Positions 43,130 to 52,704 of a stretch of DNA of 64,000 bases are shown piece by piece (the first letter of the stretch is position 1; each line of letters opens with the position of its first letter). The position numbers and the translations under genes were made by a program. The stretch covers positions 9,017 through 73,016 of the forward strand of contig DUQQ01000073.1 of NCBI GenBank assembly GCA_012837705.1. The letters run 5' to 3'. The DNA is from Hydrogenispora sp. GTDB taxonomy: Bacteria; Bacillota; UBA4882; UBA10575. The notes under the pieces are model-generated. The model ran no database searches, was not told the origin of the DNA, and saw only the letters and a list, made by a program, of their open reading frames with translations.

Positions 43130-44662
43130 TTATACCGGCTGATTTGTCAGGTATTCTAACCGCCGGTACTGGAGGGCCTCGGCTAAATGGGCGGTTTCGA
43201 TCGTCTCCTGGCCCGCTAAATCCGCAATTGTCCGCGCCACACAGAGCAGACGGGAGTACCCCCGGGCGGTGATCCCAAAATTGCGCACCGCAGCCGCCAT
43301 TAACCTTTTTCCCTCCTGACCTAATGAACAGTGTTTTTTAATTTCGTCTGCGCCCATCTGGGCGTTGCAAAATAGCCCCTTTCCTTTGAACCGCTCCTCC
43401 TGCCGTCTGCGTGCCGCCGCCACCCTAACCTTAATTTGCCTTGATTCCTCGCCGTTACCGGCTGCGGTCATATCTTCATATTTCAGTCTTGGCGTCTCGA
43501 CCATGAAATCGATCCGGTCGAGGAGCGGACCGGAGAGCCGTGCATTGTATCTTTGGATTTGCGCTGGCGTACACCGGCATGCTTGAAGGGGATCCCGGTA
43601 AAATCCACACGGACAAGGGTTCATCGCTGCCACCAGCATAAACCGACTTGGGTACACCAACGTAAGGGTGGTACGCGCGATGGTGACTTTACCATCTTCC
43701 AGCGGTTGTCGTAAAACTTCCAGTACCTCCCGGTGAAATTCGGGGAATTCATCGAGGAAAAGGACGCCGTGATGGGCCAACGTTACTTCACCGGGCCGCG
43801 GGTAGTTTCCTCCACCGACCAAACCGGCTTTGGTGGTGGTATGGTGGGGACTGCGAAAAGGGCGCTGCCGTAGGAGGGTGACGCCCGGTGGTAACAAACC
43901 AGCGATACTATAGATCTTCGTAAGCTCAAGGGCCTCTTCCTGGCTCAAAGCGGGGAGAATGGAAGGTAGTCGCCGGGCCAACATTGTTTTGCCCGAACCG
44001 GGGGGGCCGACCAGTAAAATATTATGCCCGCCCGCCGCCGCAATCTCCAGGGCCCGTTTGGCCGTTTCCTGACCCCGTACATCCGCAAAGTCTTCCACTT
44101 CAGTACTGGCGGCGCTTTCTTCCTTTACTTCTGCTTCTACCTCCGGAAAACGGCCCGTCTGTAGAAACTCAACCGCTCCCCGGAGATGTTGAACCGGAAC
44201 TAATTTAATTCCCCGTACGGCCAAGGCTTCCGACAAATTACCGGCCGGTAACATTAGAAAGTCTTTTCCATTATCACGGGCCGCAAGTGCCAAGGATAAA
44301 ATCCCGCGAACCGGCCGGATCGAACCGTCAAGGGCCAATTCGCCGACGATAAACCCGCTGTCGAGAGCCGCCGGCCCAAAACACCCTTGAGCGCAAAGGA
44401 TTCCCAGCGCAATCGGGAGATCAAAACCACTCCCCTCTTTGCGCAAATCGGCTGGTGCTAAGTTAATCACGATCCGGTGCCCCGGAAAACTAAACTCCGA
44501 ATTTTTGATCGCGGCACGAACCCGTTCTTTCGCTTCTTTGACGGCAATGTCCGCCAAACCGACTAAATCAAAGGAAGGAAGTCCGAGGGACAGATCAACC
44601 TCCACTTCGACTGGAAACCCGTCAATTCCAACCACCGTCCCACTGGTAACCTTGGCAAACAT
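43130..44662 (-). CDS. comM: YifB/ComM-family Mg-chelatase-like AAA+ ATPase
   Basis: N-terminal Lon-protease-like domain, Walker A GPPGSGKT and a ChlI-type C-terminus. 510 aa. Confidence 0.9.
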   Translation of the reverse strand: MFAKVTSGTVVGIDGFPVEVEVDLSLGLPSFDLVGLADIAVKEAKERVRAAIKNSEFSFPGHRIVINLAPADLRKEGSGFDLPIALGILCAQGCFGPAALDSGFIVGELALDGSIRPVRGILSLALAARDNGKDFLMLPAGNLSEALAVRGIKLVPVQHLRGAVEFLQTGRFPEVEAEVKEESAASTEVEDFADVRGQETAKRALEIAAAGGHNILLVGPPGSGKTMLARRLPSILPALSQEEALELTKIYSIAGLLPPGVTLLRQRPFRSPHHTTTKAGLVGGGNYPRPGEVTLAHHGVLFLDEFPEFHREVLEVLRQPLEDGKVTIARTTLTLVYPSRFMLVAAMNPCPCGFYRDPLQACRCTPAQIQRYNARLSGPLLDRIDFMVETPRLKYEDMTAAGNGEESRQIKVRVAAARRRQEERFKGKGLFCNAQMGADEIKKHCSLGQEGKRLMAAAVRNFGITARGYSRLLCVARTIADLAGQETIETAHLAEALQYRRLEYLTNQPV

Positions 44663-45051
44663 CAGTAATAGTTGCCTCCTTCCACCCGAAAGGCATCCGT
44701 GATTAGCTGGTAATTAAGGAGGTTACCTTGGCGATCCAAATTAAGGGCAATAATATCAAACCGGCAGGGCAGATCCGAATAGCAATGTTGTTGTAAAAAA
44801 CAGAGGGCAGTCCGGACCAAGTGGTTTCTTTTCCGTTTGGTAATGGCTTCAAGCCCATCGCCATACGCTTTACCGATTCTAGTCTTTACTTCAACAAAAA
44901 CAAGATGATTTTCATCTTTGGCAATCAGATCAAGCTCGCCGTAACGGGTGTAATACTTTTGGTGTAGGATCAGATAACCCCGTTCCTCCAGGATCTGGCG
45001 GGCGATGAACTCCCCATAATTGCCCAGCCGCCGTCGGTCCATTATCCTCAC
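44662..45051 (-). CDS. yraN: YraN-family (UPF0102) endonuclease-like protein
   Basis: GEFIARQILEERGY...GELDLIA...VFVEVKTR pattern. It precedes comM with a 1-nt overlap, which is the usual arrangement. Confidence 0.85.
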   Translation of the reverse strand: MRIMDRRRLGNYGEFIARQILEERGYLILHQKYYTRYGELDLIAKDENHLVFVEVKTRIGKAYGDGLEAITKRKRNHLVRTALCFLQQHCYSDLPCRFDIIALNLDRQGNLLNYQLITDAFRVEGGNYY

Positions 45052-45217
45052 CTTTTCTTCTTTTCGCTTAGATTTCGCCCTCCCTTCTCCCTTTTCCTGC
45101 TATTTTTTTCCATTGATAGCTCTTTTTAGACGCGTTATGGTCCGACAACCCACTTTTTTGCCGAATAACCGCTTGTCTTAATGCTAAAAATAGGCATAAA
45201 ACGGGGTTAGGAGAGTT

Positions 45218-45658
45218 TTGATGAAGATTGATAAAACAACGACATCCATAATAGTCGGAGCGTTATCTACAATCCCATATGAGATATTGACAACGGTGTT
45301 AAAATTACTTGGGTATGCCCGGTACAGTGTTTACGAATTAAGTAGCTTGATGATTACACTAAACCGGCCCCACATGTTGCTCGGTGCTTTTTTGTCGATG
45401 ACCTTGGGCGCAAGTATAGCGCTGATCTTATACAAAATTGCTGTCGAGTGCTTTGGCTGGGAAAATCTAATTTTCAAAAGCGTCTTTCTCAACCTGCAGT
45501 GCTGGATCCTGTTGGAAGGGCTTTTTATGTGGCTTATTGAGGGGCGCAATCTTATTCCGTTCCGGCCGATCAGTGATTATTACTCCCATTTATTTAGCGT
45601 TATTATCTTCGGGGTGATTTTGGGGCTGCTGTTCCGGAAGTATATAAAATCTTACTGA
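45218..45658 (+). CDS. Small four-TM membrane protein, function unknown
   Basis: 146 aa with four hydrophobic segments. AGGAGAG lies 5 nt upstream of the ATG. It is an isolated plus-strand gene. Confidence 0.5.
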   Translation: MMKIDKTTTSIIVGALSTIPYEILTTVLKLLGYARYSVYELSSLMITLNRPHMLLGAFLSMTLGASIALILYKIAVECFGWENLIFKSVFLNLQCWILLEGLFMWLIEGRNLIPFRPISDYYSHLFSVIIFGVILGLLFRKYIKSY

Positions 45659-45678
45659 ACAGGAGTTTGCTCTTGGTC

Positions 45679-45960
45679 CTAACCCGAACGTTCCTTTCCG
45701 ACCTCTTCTTCCAATTGCCAGATAAAGGCAAGAATCTCCGCCGTTAACTGGTAAGCCTCGGGCGGAATGTAACCGCCGATTTCCACCCCTTCCAATAGCT
45801 TATATAAATCGGGATCGGCAATCGTCGGCACCTTAGCCTCACGGGCCAACGCTAAAATAGCCTCGGCGACCAATCCTTGGCCTTTGGCCAAGACGACCGG
45901 AGCTTCGTCTTCCGCTTGTCGGTAGCGTAGGGCAATCGCTTTGATCATCTTCGCTTCCAT
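45679..45960 (-). CDS. ylqH: FlhB C-terminal-domain-like protein (YlqH / EscU-YscU-HrcU C-domain family)
   Basis: AIALRYRQAEDEAPVVLAKGQGLVAEAILALAREAKVPTIADPDLYKLL...IPPEAYQLTAEILAFIWQL aligns with the post-NPTH FlhB-CC subdomain. There is no TM region and no NPTH motif. ATG 45960. Confidence 0.8.
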   Translation of the reverse strand: MEAKMIKAIALRYRQAEDEAPVVLAKGQGLVAEAILALAREAKVPTIADPDLYKLLEGVEIGGYIPPEAYQLTAEILAFIWQLEEEVGKERSG

Positions 45961-45961
45961 C

Positions 45962-47014
45962 TTATAACCACCCATCAATCCGCAGTGGTTGAAAGGGCGC
46001 TGCCTCCTCCCCCTGGTACTCTTCAAATTCTACCAACTGGACTGGCCAGCCCTTCTCTTCAAGATACGCTTTTAAACCAGCAAAATGATTCGGACTTAAA
46101 ACAGAACCGTCTGCCACCACTTTCAGTTTTAAGCCGAATTGATTATTGACCCCAATAATCTCTAGTTTGCCGAAGACAGCAGACTGGTAAGCTAAACAAA
46201 AAGCATAACGCCGACGGTTTGGTGCGCGGTCCTCGTTTCCTTCGTCGTCGCTGGTTTGGTCAAGGGGAGCAAACCCCCGTCCCGCCCAGCGTATTTCCTT
46301 CTGGGGGGTGGGAAAAAAGTAAAAAAGGAAATGAGGCAAACCTGGATCGTGTTGGGCTTGATGCCGCAGAAAGGTCCCCGCTTCCCGGAAGACCACTTCC
46401 AGAAGCTCATCTTTGGTCGCAACCGCAGTGTTGTTTTTCTCCGCAGCATCCGCCCCTTTGTCGACCGGTCTTTTATCTAAAAAGGGCAGAATGGGTGGTT
46501 GTTCGCCGGTCCGTTGCCACATGACCTTCTGGACCGACGGAAACAATATGTAAAGAGCCCAAAGGAGGGTCCGTGGCGTTAGCGGAAGTGCTCTCGCTTG
46601 TAAGAAGGCAACCACCCGGGGATGGATTTTGACCCCCCATTCTTTTTCCGCAGTGAATAACCCCTTTTTCAGATTGAAAAACACTTCCCGGGTCAGCGGT
46701 AAACTTTCCTGCACGGCAGCAAGAAGAAGTCTCCGCCCTAAATCTTCCTCACCAGCAAACAGTTCTTTATAAAAGGGTAACGCTTCCTCAAGGGTTTCGA
46801 GGCGATAGGGCGAAAGGACGACCAGGCCCGGTTCTTCCCGGAGAAGGCGGAAGACAACCTCCTCGCCGAGGGGCACCGCCTCCCCTTCCACTTTCACCGG
46901 AAAAACTCCTTGCTTGGTTCGCAGGATCACCTGTCCGTCTTTGCTTTGCTCCAGATGTCCCTGGATAAAACCCTTCGCCCTCAGCTGATAAGGAAGTAGA
47001 TATCCGGTGCCCAT
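45962..47014 (-). CDS. YlqG-like protein of unknown function with a possible FliK (Flg_hook)-like C-terminal domain
   Basis: 350 aa. The C-terminus (FGKLEIIGVNNQFGLKLKVVADGS...LKAYLEEKGWPVQLVEF) has the alternating beta pattern I associate with Flg_hook domains. It sits between rnhB and ylqH as in B. subtilis. Confidence 0.4.
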   Translation of the reverse strand: MGTGYLLPYQLRAKGFIQGHLEQSKDGQVILRTKQGVFPVKVEGEAVPLGEEVVFRLLREEPGLVVLSPYRLETLEEALPFYKELFAGEEDLGRRLLLAAVQESLPLTREVFFNLKKGLFTAEKEWGVKIHPRVVAFLQARALPLTPRTLLWALYILFPSVQKVMWQRTGEQPPILPFLDKRPVDKGADAAEKNNTAVATKDELLEVVFREAGTFLRHQAQHDPGLPHFLFYFFPTPQKEIRWAGRGFAPLDQTSDDEGNEDRAPNRRRYAFCLAYQSAVFGKLEIIGVNNQFGLKLKVVADGSVLSPNHFAGLKAYLEEKGWPVQLVEFEEYQGEEAAPFQPLRIDGWL

Positions 47015-47018
47015 ACAC

Positions 47019-47729
47019 TTAAACCCCTTTCCGTCCTAATTTGGAGCCCGCTGCTTGGTCCAGGGTTAATTGGAGATGCAGGTTAAAACTGCGTCGGTGG
47101 ATGGGGCAAGGCCCCATACGGGCGAGAGCAGCGTAATGTTGAGCAGTAGGGTACCCTTTATGTTTCGCAAAGCCATAGCCGGGAAAGGCCTGATCCAACT
47201 CGACCATCAGACGGTCGCGGGTCACTTTCGCCAGAACGGAAGCGGCGGCAATCGAAAGACTGCAGGCGTCGCCGCCCACCACCCCGCGGTGGGGTATTTT
47301 AATCCCCGACCAGGCATGTCCGTCAAGTAATAAAAAATCCGGTTTCACGGGCAAGTTTTCAACCGCACGCATCATCGCCAGTCGCGACGCGTTCAGGATG
47401 TTTAAACGGTCGATCTCTTCAACTGAGGCTTGGCCTAGGCCATAGGGGATCTTTGTCGCCAACAGTTGTTCGTAAACAACCTCCCTTTGCTTGGGCGTTA
47501 ATTTTTTCGAGTCGTTCAGATGGCCAATAAAAGTCCCGGGGGGAATAATGGCTGCTGCCGCCACTACCGGTCCCGCCAAAGGACCCCGGCCGGCTTCATC
47601 GACCCCGGCAATCCGTTGATAACCAGCAACTTGCAGTTGGTGTTCCAACTTGTACATGGCGTGTAACCTTTTTTCTTCCTCTTGACGCCAGATGGTTTCA
47701 TCCTGTATCTTTTTCCCCATCGGCTGCAC
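47019..47729 (-). CDS. rnhB: Ribonuclease HII
   Basis: GVDEAGRGPLAGPV active-site motif and the LNDSKKL and DGH motifs. Confidence 0.95.
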   Translation of the reverse strand: MQPMGKKIQDETIWRQEEEKRLHAMYKLEHQLQVAGYQRIAGVDEAGRGPLAGPVVAAAAIIPPGTFIGHLNDSKKLTPKQREVVYEQLLATKIPYGLGQASVEEIDRLNILNASRLAMMRAVENLPVKPDFLLLDGHAWSGIKIPHRGVVGGDACSLSIAAASVLAKVTRDRLMVELDQAFPGYGFAKHKGYPTAQHYAALARMGPCPIHRRSFNLHLQLTLDQAAGSKLGRKGV

Positions 47730-47756
47730 TCCTTATTCTCCACCGGAAACAAGCAT

Positions 47757-47791
47757 AGCTAAACCTGCCTTCGTACCGGGCAGGTTTAGCT
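47757..47791 (-). terminator. 13-bp hairpin between ddh and rnhB (probable terminator)
   Basis: AGCTAAACCTGCC/GGCAGGTTTAGCT with a 9-nt loop. Only a weak T-rich tail (ATGCTTGTTTCC) follows on the minus strand. Confidence 0.5.
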
Positions 47792-47881
47792 GTTGTGGAT
47801 GGCAGTTGTTTTTTAACGTATTACATTAGTTTAATCGGTTAAACCGTAGATTTCTAAAGCGATAATTCCTGGAAATCTCGT

Positions 47882-48784
47882 TTAGACTAAACTTCCAATG
47901 ATCTTTTCCCGCTCCCCAAACAGATAATCGATGACCGGTATTTCAATCATGGTATAACACCCCGGTTGTTGTTTAAAGCCAGCCCGGGCAGCGGCCACCA
48001 TGACCTGGGCGGTAAGGGCGGGATTGTTGATCCGCATCTCAAATTTGAGCTGCTGATTATGGGTACGCCCTGACGCCCCCTTTCTTTCCAAAAGAACACC
48101 ATGGCCCATATCGATTAAATCTTGAACCTGAGGGACAAAGGTTACAACCGTTTCATCATTGATAAAATAGGGATCTTGCTTAATTGCCTGTTCTACACCT
48201 TTGGGGTCCGCCTCCGGCGCCAGCTGGACATAGACCATCCTCCGGTGTAAGCCGGTGCCAACCGGAACGGTTAACGACAGGGCATCTATCACCCCGGGGA
48301 TGGCTTTCACTGCAGTGGTATGCCCCATCGACATCCCGGGACCAAAATTCGTGTAGGTAATCCCCTGCGGAGCCATGAACTGAAAGAGACACCGGATCAG
48401 CGAGTCGGTACCTGGATCCCAGCCGGCAGCAATCACGCTGGTTTTACCATGGTTTTTCGCGATGGGTTCCAATTGCTGCCGGTAATTGACCAGGTCACTG
48501 TGGACATCGTAACTATCAACCGTATTAATCCCCATCGCCAGAACTTCCGCCGCTGCTTTAGGAACCAAACGGGACGGTAGCGCTAGAAAAGCCACGTCAA
48601 CCGCGTCCAGCTCCGATAAGGCTGTTACCACCGGAACTCCTTTTAATTGCGCGGAGGATTTCTGCACCGATTCTGGACGCCGTACTACGCCAGCCAGTTG
48701 AAAGTCGGGCGCCGTCTCTATTGCTTCAACTAAAAAACGGCCAATATTGCCATAGCCTATAATTGCCGCCTGATACCGCTTCAT
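47882..48784 (-). CDS. ddh: meso-Diaminopimelate D-dehydrogenase
   Basis: 300 aa with the Rossmann motif IIGYGNIGR. The AAGWDPGTDS and FGPGMSMGH patterns match DAPDH as I recall it from Corynebacterium and Symbiobacterium. Confidence 0.8.
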   Translation of the reverse strand: MKRYQAAIIGYGNIGRFLVEAIETAPDFQLAGVVRRPESVQKSSAQLKGVPVVTALSELDAVDVAFLALPSRLVPKAAAEVLAMGINTVDSYDVHSDLVNYRQQLEPIAKNHGKTSVIAAGWDPGTDSLIRCLFQFMAPQGITYTNFGPGMSMGHTTAVKAIPGVIDALSLTVPVGTGLHRRMVYVQLAPEADPKGVEQAIKQDPYFINDETVVTFVPQVQDLIDMGHGVLLERKGASGRTHNQQLKFEMRINNPALTAQVMVAAARAGFKQQPGCYTMIEIPVIDYLFGEREKIIGSLV

Positions 48785-48924
48785 CTTCGTCAGGTCCCTC
48801 CTCGAATATTAACTTACGGATAAGTTTCGTTTAAACTCAAGGTATAAGGCAGGAAATAGCCTTTAAAATAAGGAAATTTGTATTTGTATTTTAAAAACCA
48901 ATACTTAATGATGGAGGATTGTTC

Positions 48925-49770
48925 ATGCGTAAAGATTATCATACCCACACTTACCGTTGTAAACACGCCGAACACGCCGAAGCCGATGTCATTGACTATG
49001 CGGCCGTTGCTGTTCAAAAAGGACTGCAGGTCTTAGGGGTTAGCGATCATACACCACTCCCTGTGTTACCCGACGAACGCTGGAGTCGAATCCGCATGAA
49101 CCTGTCCGAACTGGATAGCTACAATGATGCCGTCGAAGAGGCCAGGGCCGCCCACCCGGAGCTGACGATTCTGAAAGGAATGGAATGTGAATATAGCCCG
49201 GATTTCATCGGGTTTTACCAGGAAGAGCTTTTCGGAAAACGGAACTTCGACTATTTAATCGGCGGAAATCATTATGTACCCTATAATGGCGGTTGGGTCG
49301 GCGTCCATTCCTACCTAAAGAGCAAAGAAGAGTTGATGGCTTACGCCGACCACATGGTGGAAACGATCGCTTCCGGCTTATTTGCCTTCATCGCCCATCC
49401 CGATCTCTTTGGTAACTCCTATGAACTCTGGGACGAGCATGCCATAGAGTGTTCAAAACGGATTCTAGAAGCCGCCGCGGCTTACAAAGTACCCTTAGAG
49501 GTCAATGCCTATGGCTTTCGTAAGCCCAAAATCAAAACAAAAGCGGGCACCCGTCCCCCCTATCCCCTTCCGCCCTTTTGGGAAATGGCGGCCGAGTACA
49601 AAGGAATTACGGTCATCGCCAACTCCGACGCTCACAAGCCAAAAGATGTGGGTGAAACCGCTACCGTGGACAGAATAATCGACCAGTTTGGCTTAGTCAG
49701 AGCGGATCTATCTTACTTGGAAAAACCTTCGCACCATCCGGTATCCGCCACGCACCGCGCGTGTGAATGA
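48925..49770 (+). CDS. PHP-domain histidinol-phosphatase family protein (HisJ/YtvP type)
   Basis: MRKDYHTHTYRCKHA start motif, plus SDHTP and HPD. ATG 48925 has GGAGG 7 nt upstream. Confidence 0.8.
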   Translation: MRKDYHTHTYRCKHAEHAEADVIDYAAVAVQKGLQVLGVSDHTPLPVLPDERWSRIRMNLSELDSYNDAVEEARAAHPELTILKGMECEYSPDFIGFYQEELFGKRNFDYLIGGNHYVPYNGGWVGVHSYLKSKEELMAYADHMVETIASGLFAFIAHPDLFGNSYELWDEHAIECSKRILEAAAAYKVPLEVNAYGFRKPKIKTKAGTRPPYPLPPFWEMAAEYKGITVIANSDAHKPKDVGETATVDRIIDQFGLVRADLSYLEKPSHHPVSATHRACE

Positions 49771-49791
49771 TTGCTTTTACCCGCTTGCCTT

Positions 49792-50748
49792 TTAATTACA
49801 AGCTTCCTGGCTGATCATACTCCGGCGCAGTGCCTCCCCCTGCTTTTGGTCGCGAAGCAACTGGGCCTTTAACGCTTCAGGGGAAGCAAATTTCTGCTCC
49901 TCCCGTAAAAAATGTAAAAACTCCACGGTCAGAAGTTCACCGTAAATCTCCCGGGAAAACCGGTCAATAAAAACTTCCACCAACGGAACGTGGTGGTCAA
50001 AGGTGGGTTTACAACCCACATTGGCTAAACCATAGTATACTTCCCCGTTTAGAATGACGCGGACAAAATAGGCACCAAATTTCGGCAGTAACCGGTCGGG
50101 CGGGTAGGCTAAATTCGCGGTGGGAAAACCTAAATTTTTACCCAATCCCTGCCCCCTGCGGACAATACCGGCCAGAGTAAAGGGCCGGTTGAGCATTACA
50201 TTGGCCGCCTCCACTTGCCCACGCTGCAAAAACGCCCGGATCTGCGTGCTACTGACAATCTTCCCTTGCACTTTGACGGGCGCCACTACTTCCCCATAGA
50301 GTCCTTTTTTCTGCATAGAGGTTAAGATTAGATTGGTATCGCCAGCACCACCGGCCCCGAAAGTAAAATCATGACCCACCACCAACGCTCGGACCCCCAG
50401 GTCCAGCAGGCGGTCTAAGAAGCGGGTCGGGGCCATTTGGGCCAGTTCCGGGGTAAACTCCAAAAGTAAAGTACCGTCGATTCCTTTTTCAGCAAAGCAA
50501 GCGCAGCGCTCCTCAACGGACATGAGTAACCCGGGTGTTTCCGCCTTTAAAATCTTTGCCGTATGTTCCCGAAAGGTAACAACGACGGCAAGCCAGTCAT
50601 TGGCGCTACTGATCGCTTTCACCCGTTCTAATATTTTTTGGTGTCCACGGTGCACCCCGTCAAAATTACCGATCGTTACCACCAAGCCGGAAGTAGCGGT
50701 CTGCGCCAAGTCTGTTTGCATCATCAAAAATGAATTCCACAGTTTCAT
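49792..50748 (-). CDS. ribF: Bifunctional riboflavin kinase / FMN adenylyltransferase
   Basis: GNFDGVHRGHQ motif and a C-terminal riboflavin kinase domain (GFPTANL). ATG 50748 has GGAGG 9 nt upstream. Confidence 0.9.
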   Translation of the reverse strand: MKLWNSFLMMQTDLAQTATSGLVVTIGNFDGVHRGHQKILERVKAISSANDWLAVVVTFREHTAKILKAETPGLLMSVEERCACFAEKGIDGTLLLEFTPELAQMAPTRFLDRLLDLGVRALVVGHDFTFGAGGAGDTNLILTSMQKKGLYGEVVAPVKVQGKIVSSTQIRAFLQRGQVEAANVMLNRPFTLAGIVRRGQGLGKNLGFPTANLAYPPDRLLPKFGAYFVRVILNGEVYYGLANVGCKPTFDHHVPLVEVFIDRFSREIYGELLTVEFLHFLREEQKFASPEALKAQLLRDQKQGEALRRSMISQEACN

Positions 50749-50773
50749 CCGCTCAATCCTCCCCGCAGCGGTG

Positions 50774-51706
50774 CTAAACAAGAACGCGAACCGGTTGCCA
50801 AAAAGCAGTCGATCCTTGATGATATTTTAAAATAGCAAGCAAAGAACCATCAACGTTTATGGCCCGCACCAACCCTTGAGCGCGACAAGCCTCCGGGGAC
50901 GGCATCTCCGCTAAATCTTGGGGAAAGAGGCGACCACCGTGTCGAACCAGTTCGGCACTGGCCTCATTTAAGTGCACCATTGGTAGATGGGACAAGGCTG
51001 CTGCCGGTGAAATCATATGCGCGTTCAGCGTACCTGCTTCTACGATCTGCGCCAGTTCATCCAGGGATAAGGCCTCGGCCAAACGGAAAGGACCAGAAGC
51101 CAAGCGGACCAAATCACCCATACAGCCGCCCACTCCCAGATGGGCACCGAGATCGTGGCATAAAGTACGAATATACGTCCCCCGGGAACACTCGATCAAA
51201 AGAACCGGTCCTTCTTTAAAACCATAGAAGGGAAGCAAGGGTTCATCTGCTTCCAAACGGTAGATGGTGATTTTTCGTTTAGCCCGGTTAATCTCCTGGC
51301 CAGTCCGGGCCAGTTTGTATAAAGGCTCACCGTTTACTTTCACCGCTGAATACATCGGTGGGGTTTGCTCTTGCTCGCCGGTGAAAAAATCTAAAGCAGC
51401 CGCCAACCTTTCGCGGGAAACCTTCATCTCCGGTTGGGTAAAGATTTCCCGACCGGTCAGATCTTGCGTATCCGTGGACAAACCCAAGACCAGGCGAGCC
51501 CGGTATAGTTTCTTTGCTTCATCTAAATAAGCAATCAGTTTCGTTGCCTTTCCAATGGCCAAAACCAGCACACCGGTGGCCATCGGGTCAAGCGTACCGG
51601 TATGTCCGATCCGCCGTTCCCGCAGGATCCGGCGGGCCTGCGCCACCACTTGGTGGGAAGAATAGCCCGGTGGCTTGTTTATGATCAAAAATCCACAGTT
51701 CGTCAT
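50774..51706 (-). CDS. truB: tRNA pseudouridine-55 synthase
   Basis: GFLIINKPPGYSS and GHTGTLDP (catalytic Asp), with a PUA-like C-terminus. Confidence 0.95.
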   Translation of the reverse strand: MTNCGFLIINKPPGYSSHQVVAQARRILRERRIGHTGTLDPMATGVLVLAIGKATKLIAYLDEAKKLYRARLVLGLSTDTQDLTGREIFTQPEMKVSRERLAAALDFFTGEQEQTPPMYSAVKVNGEPLYKLARTGQEINRAKRKITIYRLEADEPLLPFYGFKEGPVLLIECSRGTYIRTLCHDLGAHLGVGGCMGDLVRLASGPFRLAEALSLDELAQIVEAGTLNAHMISPAAALSHLPMVHLNEASAELVRHGGRLFPQDLAEMPSPEACRAQGLVRAINVDGSLLAILKYHQGSTAFWQPVRVLV

Positions 51707-52704
51707 CGCAATACATCAATCCGTTCCTGCGAATTCTCTTCGAAGTAATTCCGTAAAAAGGAAAGCACCTCCGCCATCACCGCCGATAACGAACCCTTCA
51801 CCGAACAACCAGCGGCCCGCATATGTCCGCCGCCCCCAAAATGGGCCGCCAGACGGCTCACATCCACACTAGCTTTCGACCGCCAACTAATCTTCACTTC
51901 GTCGGGTTTCATCTCTTTAAAAAACAAGCCAACCTCGACCCCCCGGATCGAGTTGGTGTAATTGACATAGTTTTCGATCTCTTCCATCTCAACCTCATAT
52001 TTCTCAATCATCTCCTGGCTTAAATACATCCAGGAATAACGCTGGTTTCCGGAAATTTGCAGCGTAGAAAGGACTTCGCCTAAGAGCCGGATGGAGGCAA
52101 AACTTCTTTCTTCATAAACCCGTTCGGCAATCTGTGAAGGGGAGATTTGATAGTCTTCCACTAATCTGGCAGCGATGGAAAGTACTTCCCCAGTGGTGTT
52201 CGAATAGCGGAAAAAACCGGTATCCGTCGCAATTGCGGTATAAAGAGCGCTGGCGATTGCCGAATCGATGGGATAAGCGCATTTTTCCAGCAACGCAAAG
52301 ATGATCTGCCCGGTCGCGGAGGCTTCAGGCAACACCAAATTCACCTGGCCAAAATGATCATTGGAAATATGGTGATCGATATTGACCAATAAGGGTTCGC
52401 TGGCAAAGATTTCATCCGGCAATTGCAGACGCCCCCGTTCCGCGCAATCGACACTGATCACCACCTCCGGATGGAAGGTCGGCTGCTCGACCGTTTGCTG
52501 GATTCCCGGTAAAAATTGGAAGGTTAAAGGGATCCCTTCGGGCAAAATCATCTCCACCTGCTTGCCGGCCTTCTCTAAAGATAAACCAAGCGCCAATAAA
52601 GAACCGATCGCATCCCCGTCGGGATTAAGATGACAACCTAGGGTAAAACGGTTGTATTTTTTCAACGTGGAGATAACTTGGTCCCAAGAAGAAGGTAAAC
52701 TCAA
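51703..52704 (-). CDS. nrnA: DHH/DHHA1 phosphoesterase (NrnA-type oligoribonuclease / pAp phosphatase)
   Basis: HLNPDGDAIGS, NIDHH and GGGGH motifs. It occupies the conserved position between rbfA and truB. Confidence 0.8.
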   Translation of the reverse strand: MSLPSSWDQVISTLKKYNRFTLGCHLNPDGDAIGSLLALGLSLEKAGKQVEMILPEGIPLTFQFLPGIQQTVEQPTFHPEVVISVDCAERGRLQLPDEIFASEPLLVNIDHHISNDHFGQVNLVLPEASATGQIIFALLEKCAYPIDSAIASALYTAIATDTGFFRYSNTTGEVLSIAARLVEDYQISPSQIAERVYEERSFASIRLLGEVLSTLQISGNQRYSWMYLSQEMIEKYEVEMEEIENYVNYTNSIRGVEVGLFFKEMKPDEVKISWRSKASVDVSRLAAHFGGGGHMRAAGCSVKGSLSAVMAEVLSFLRNYFEENSQERIDVLR

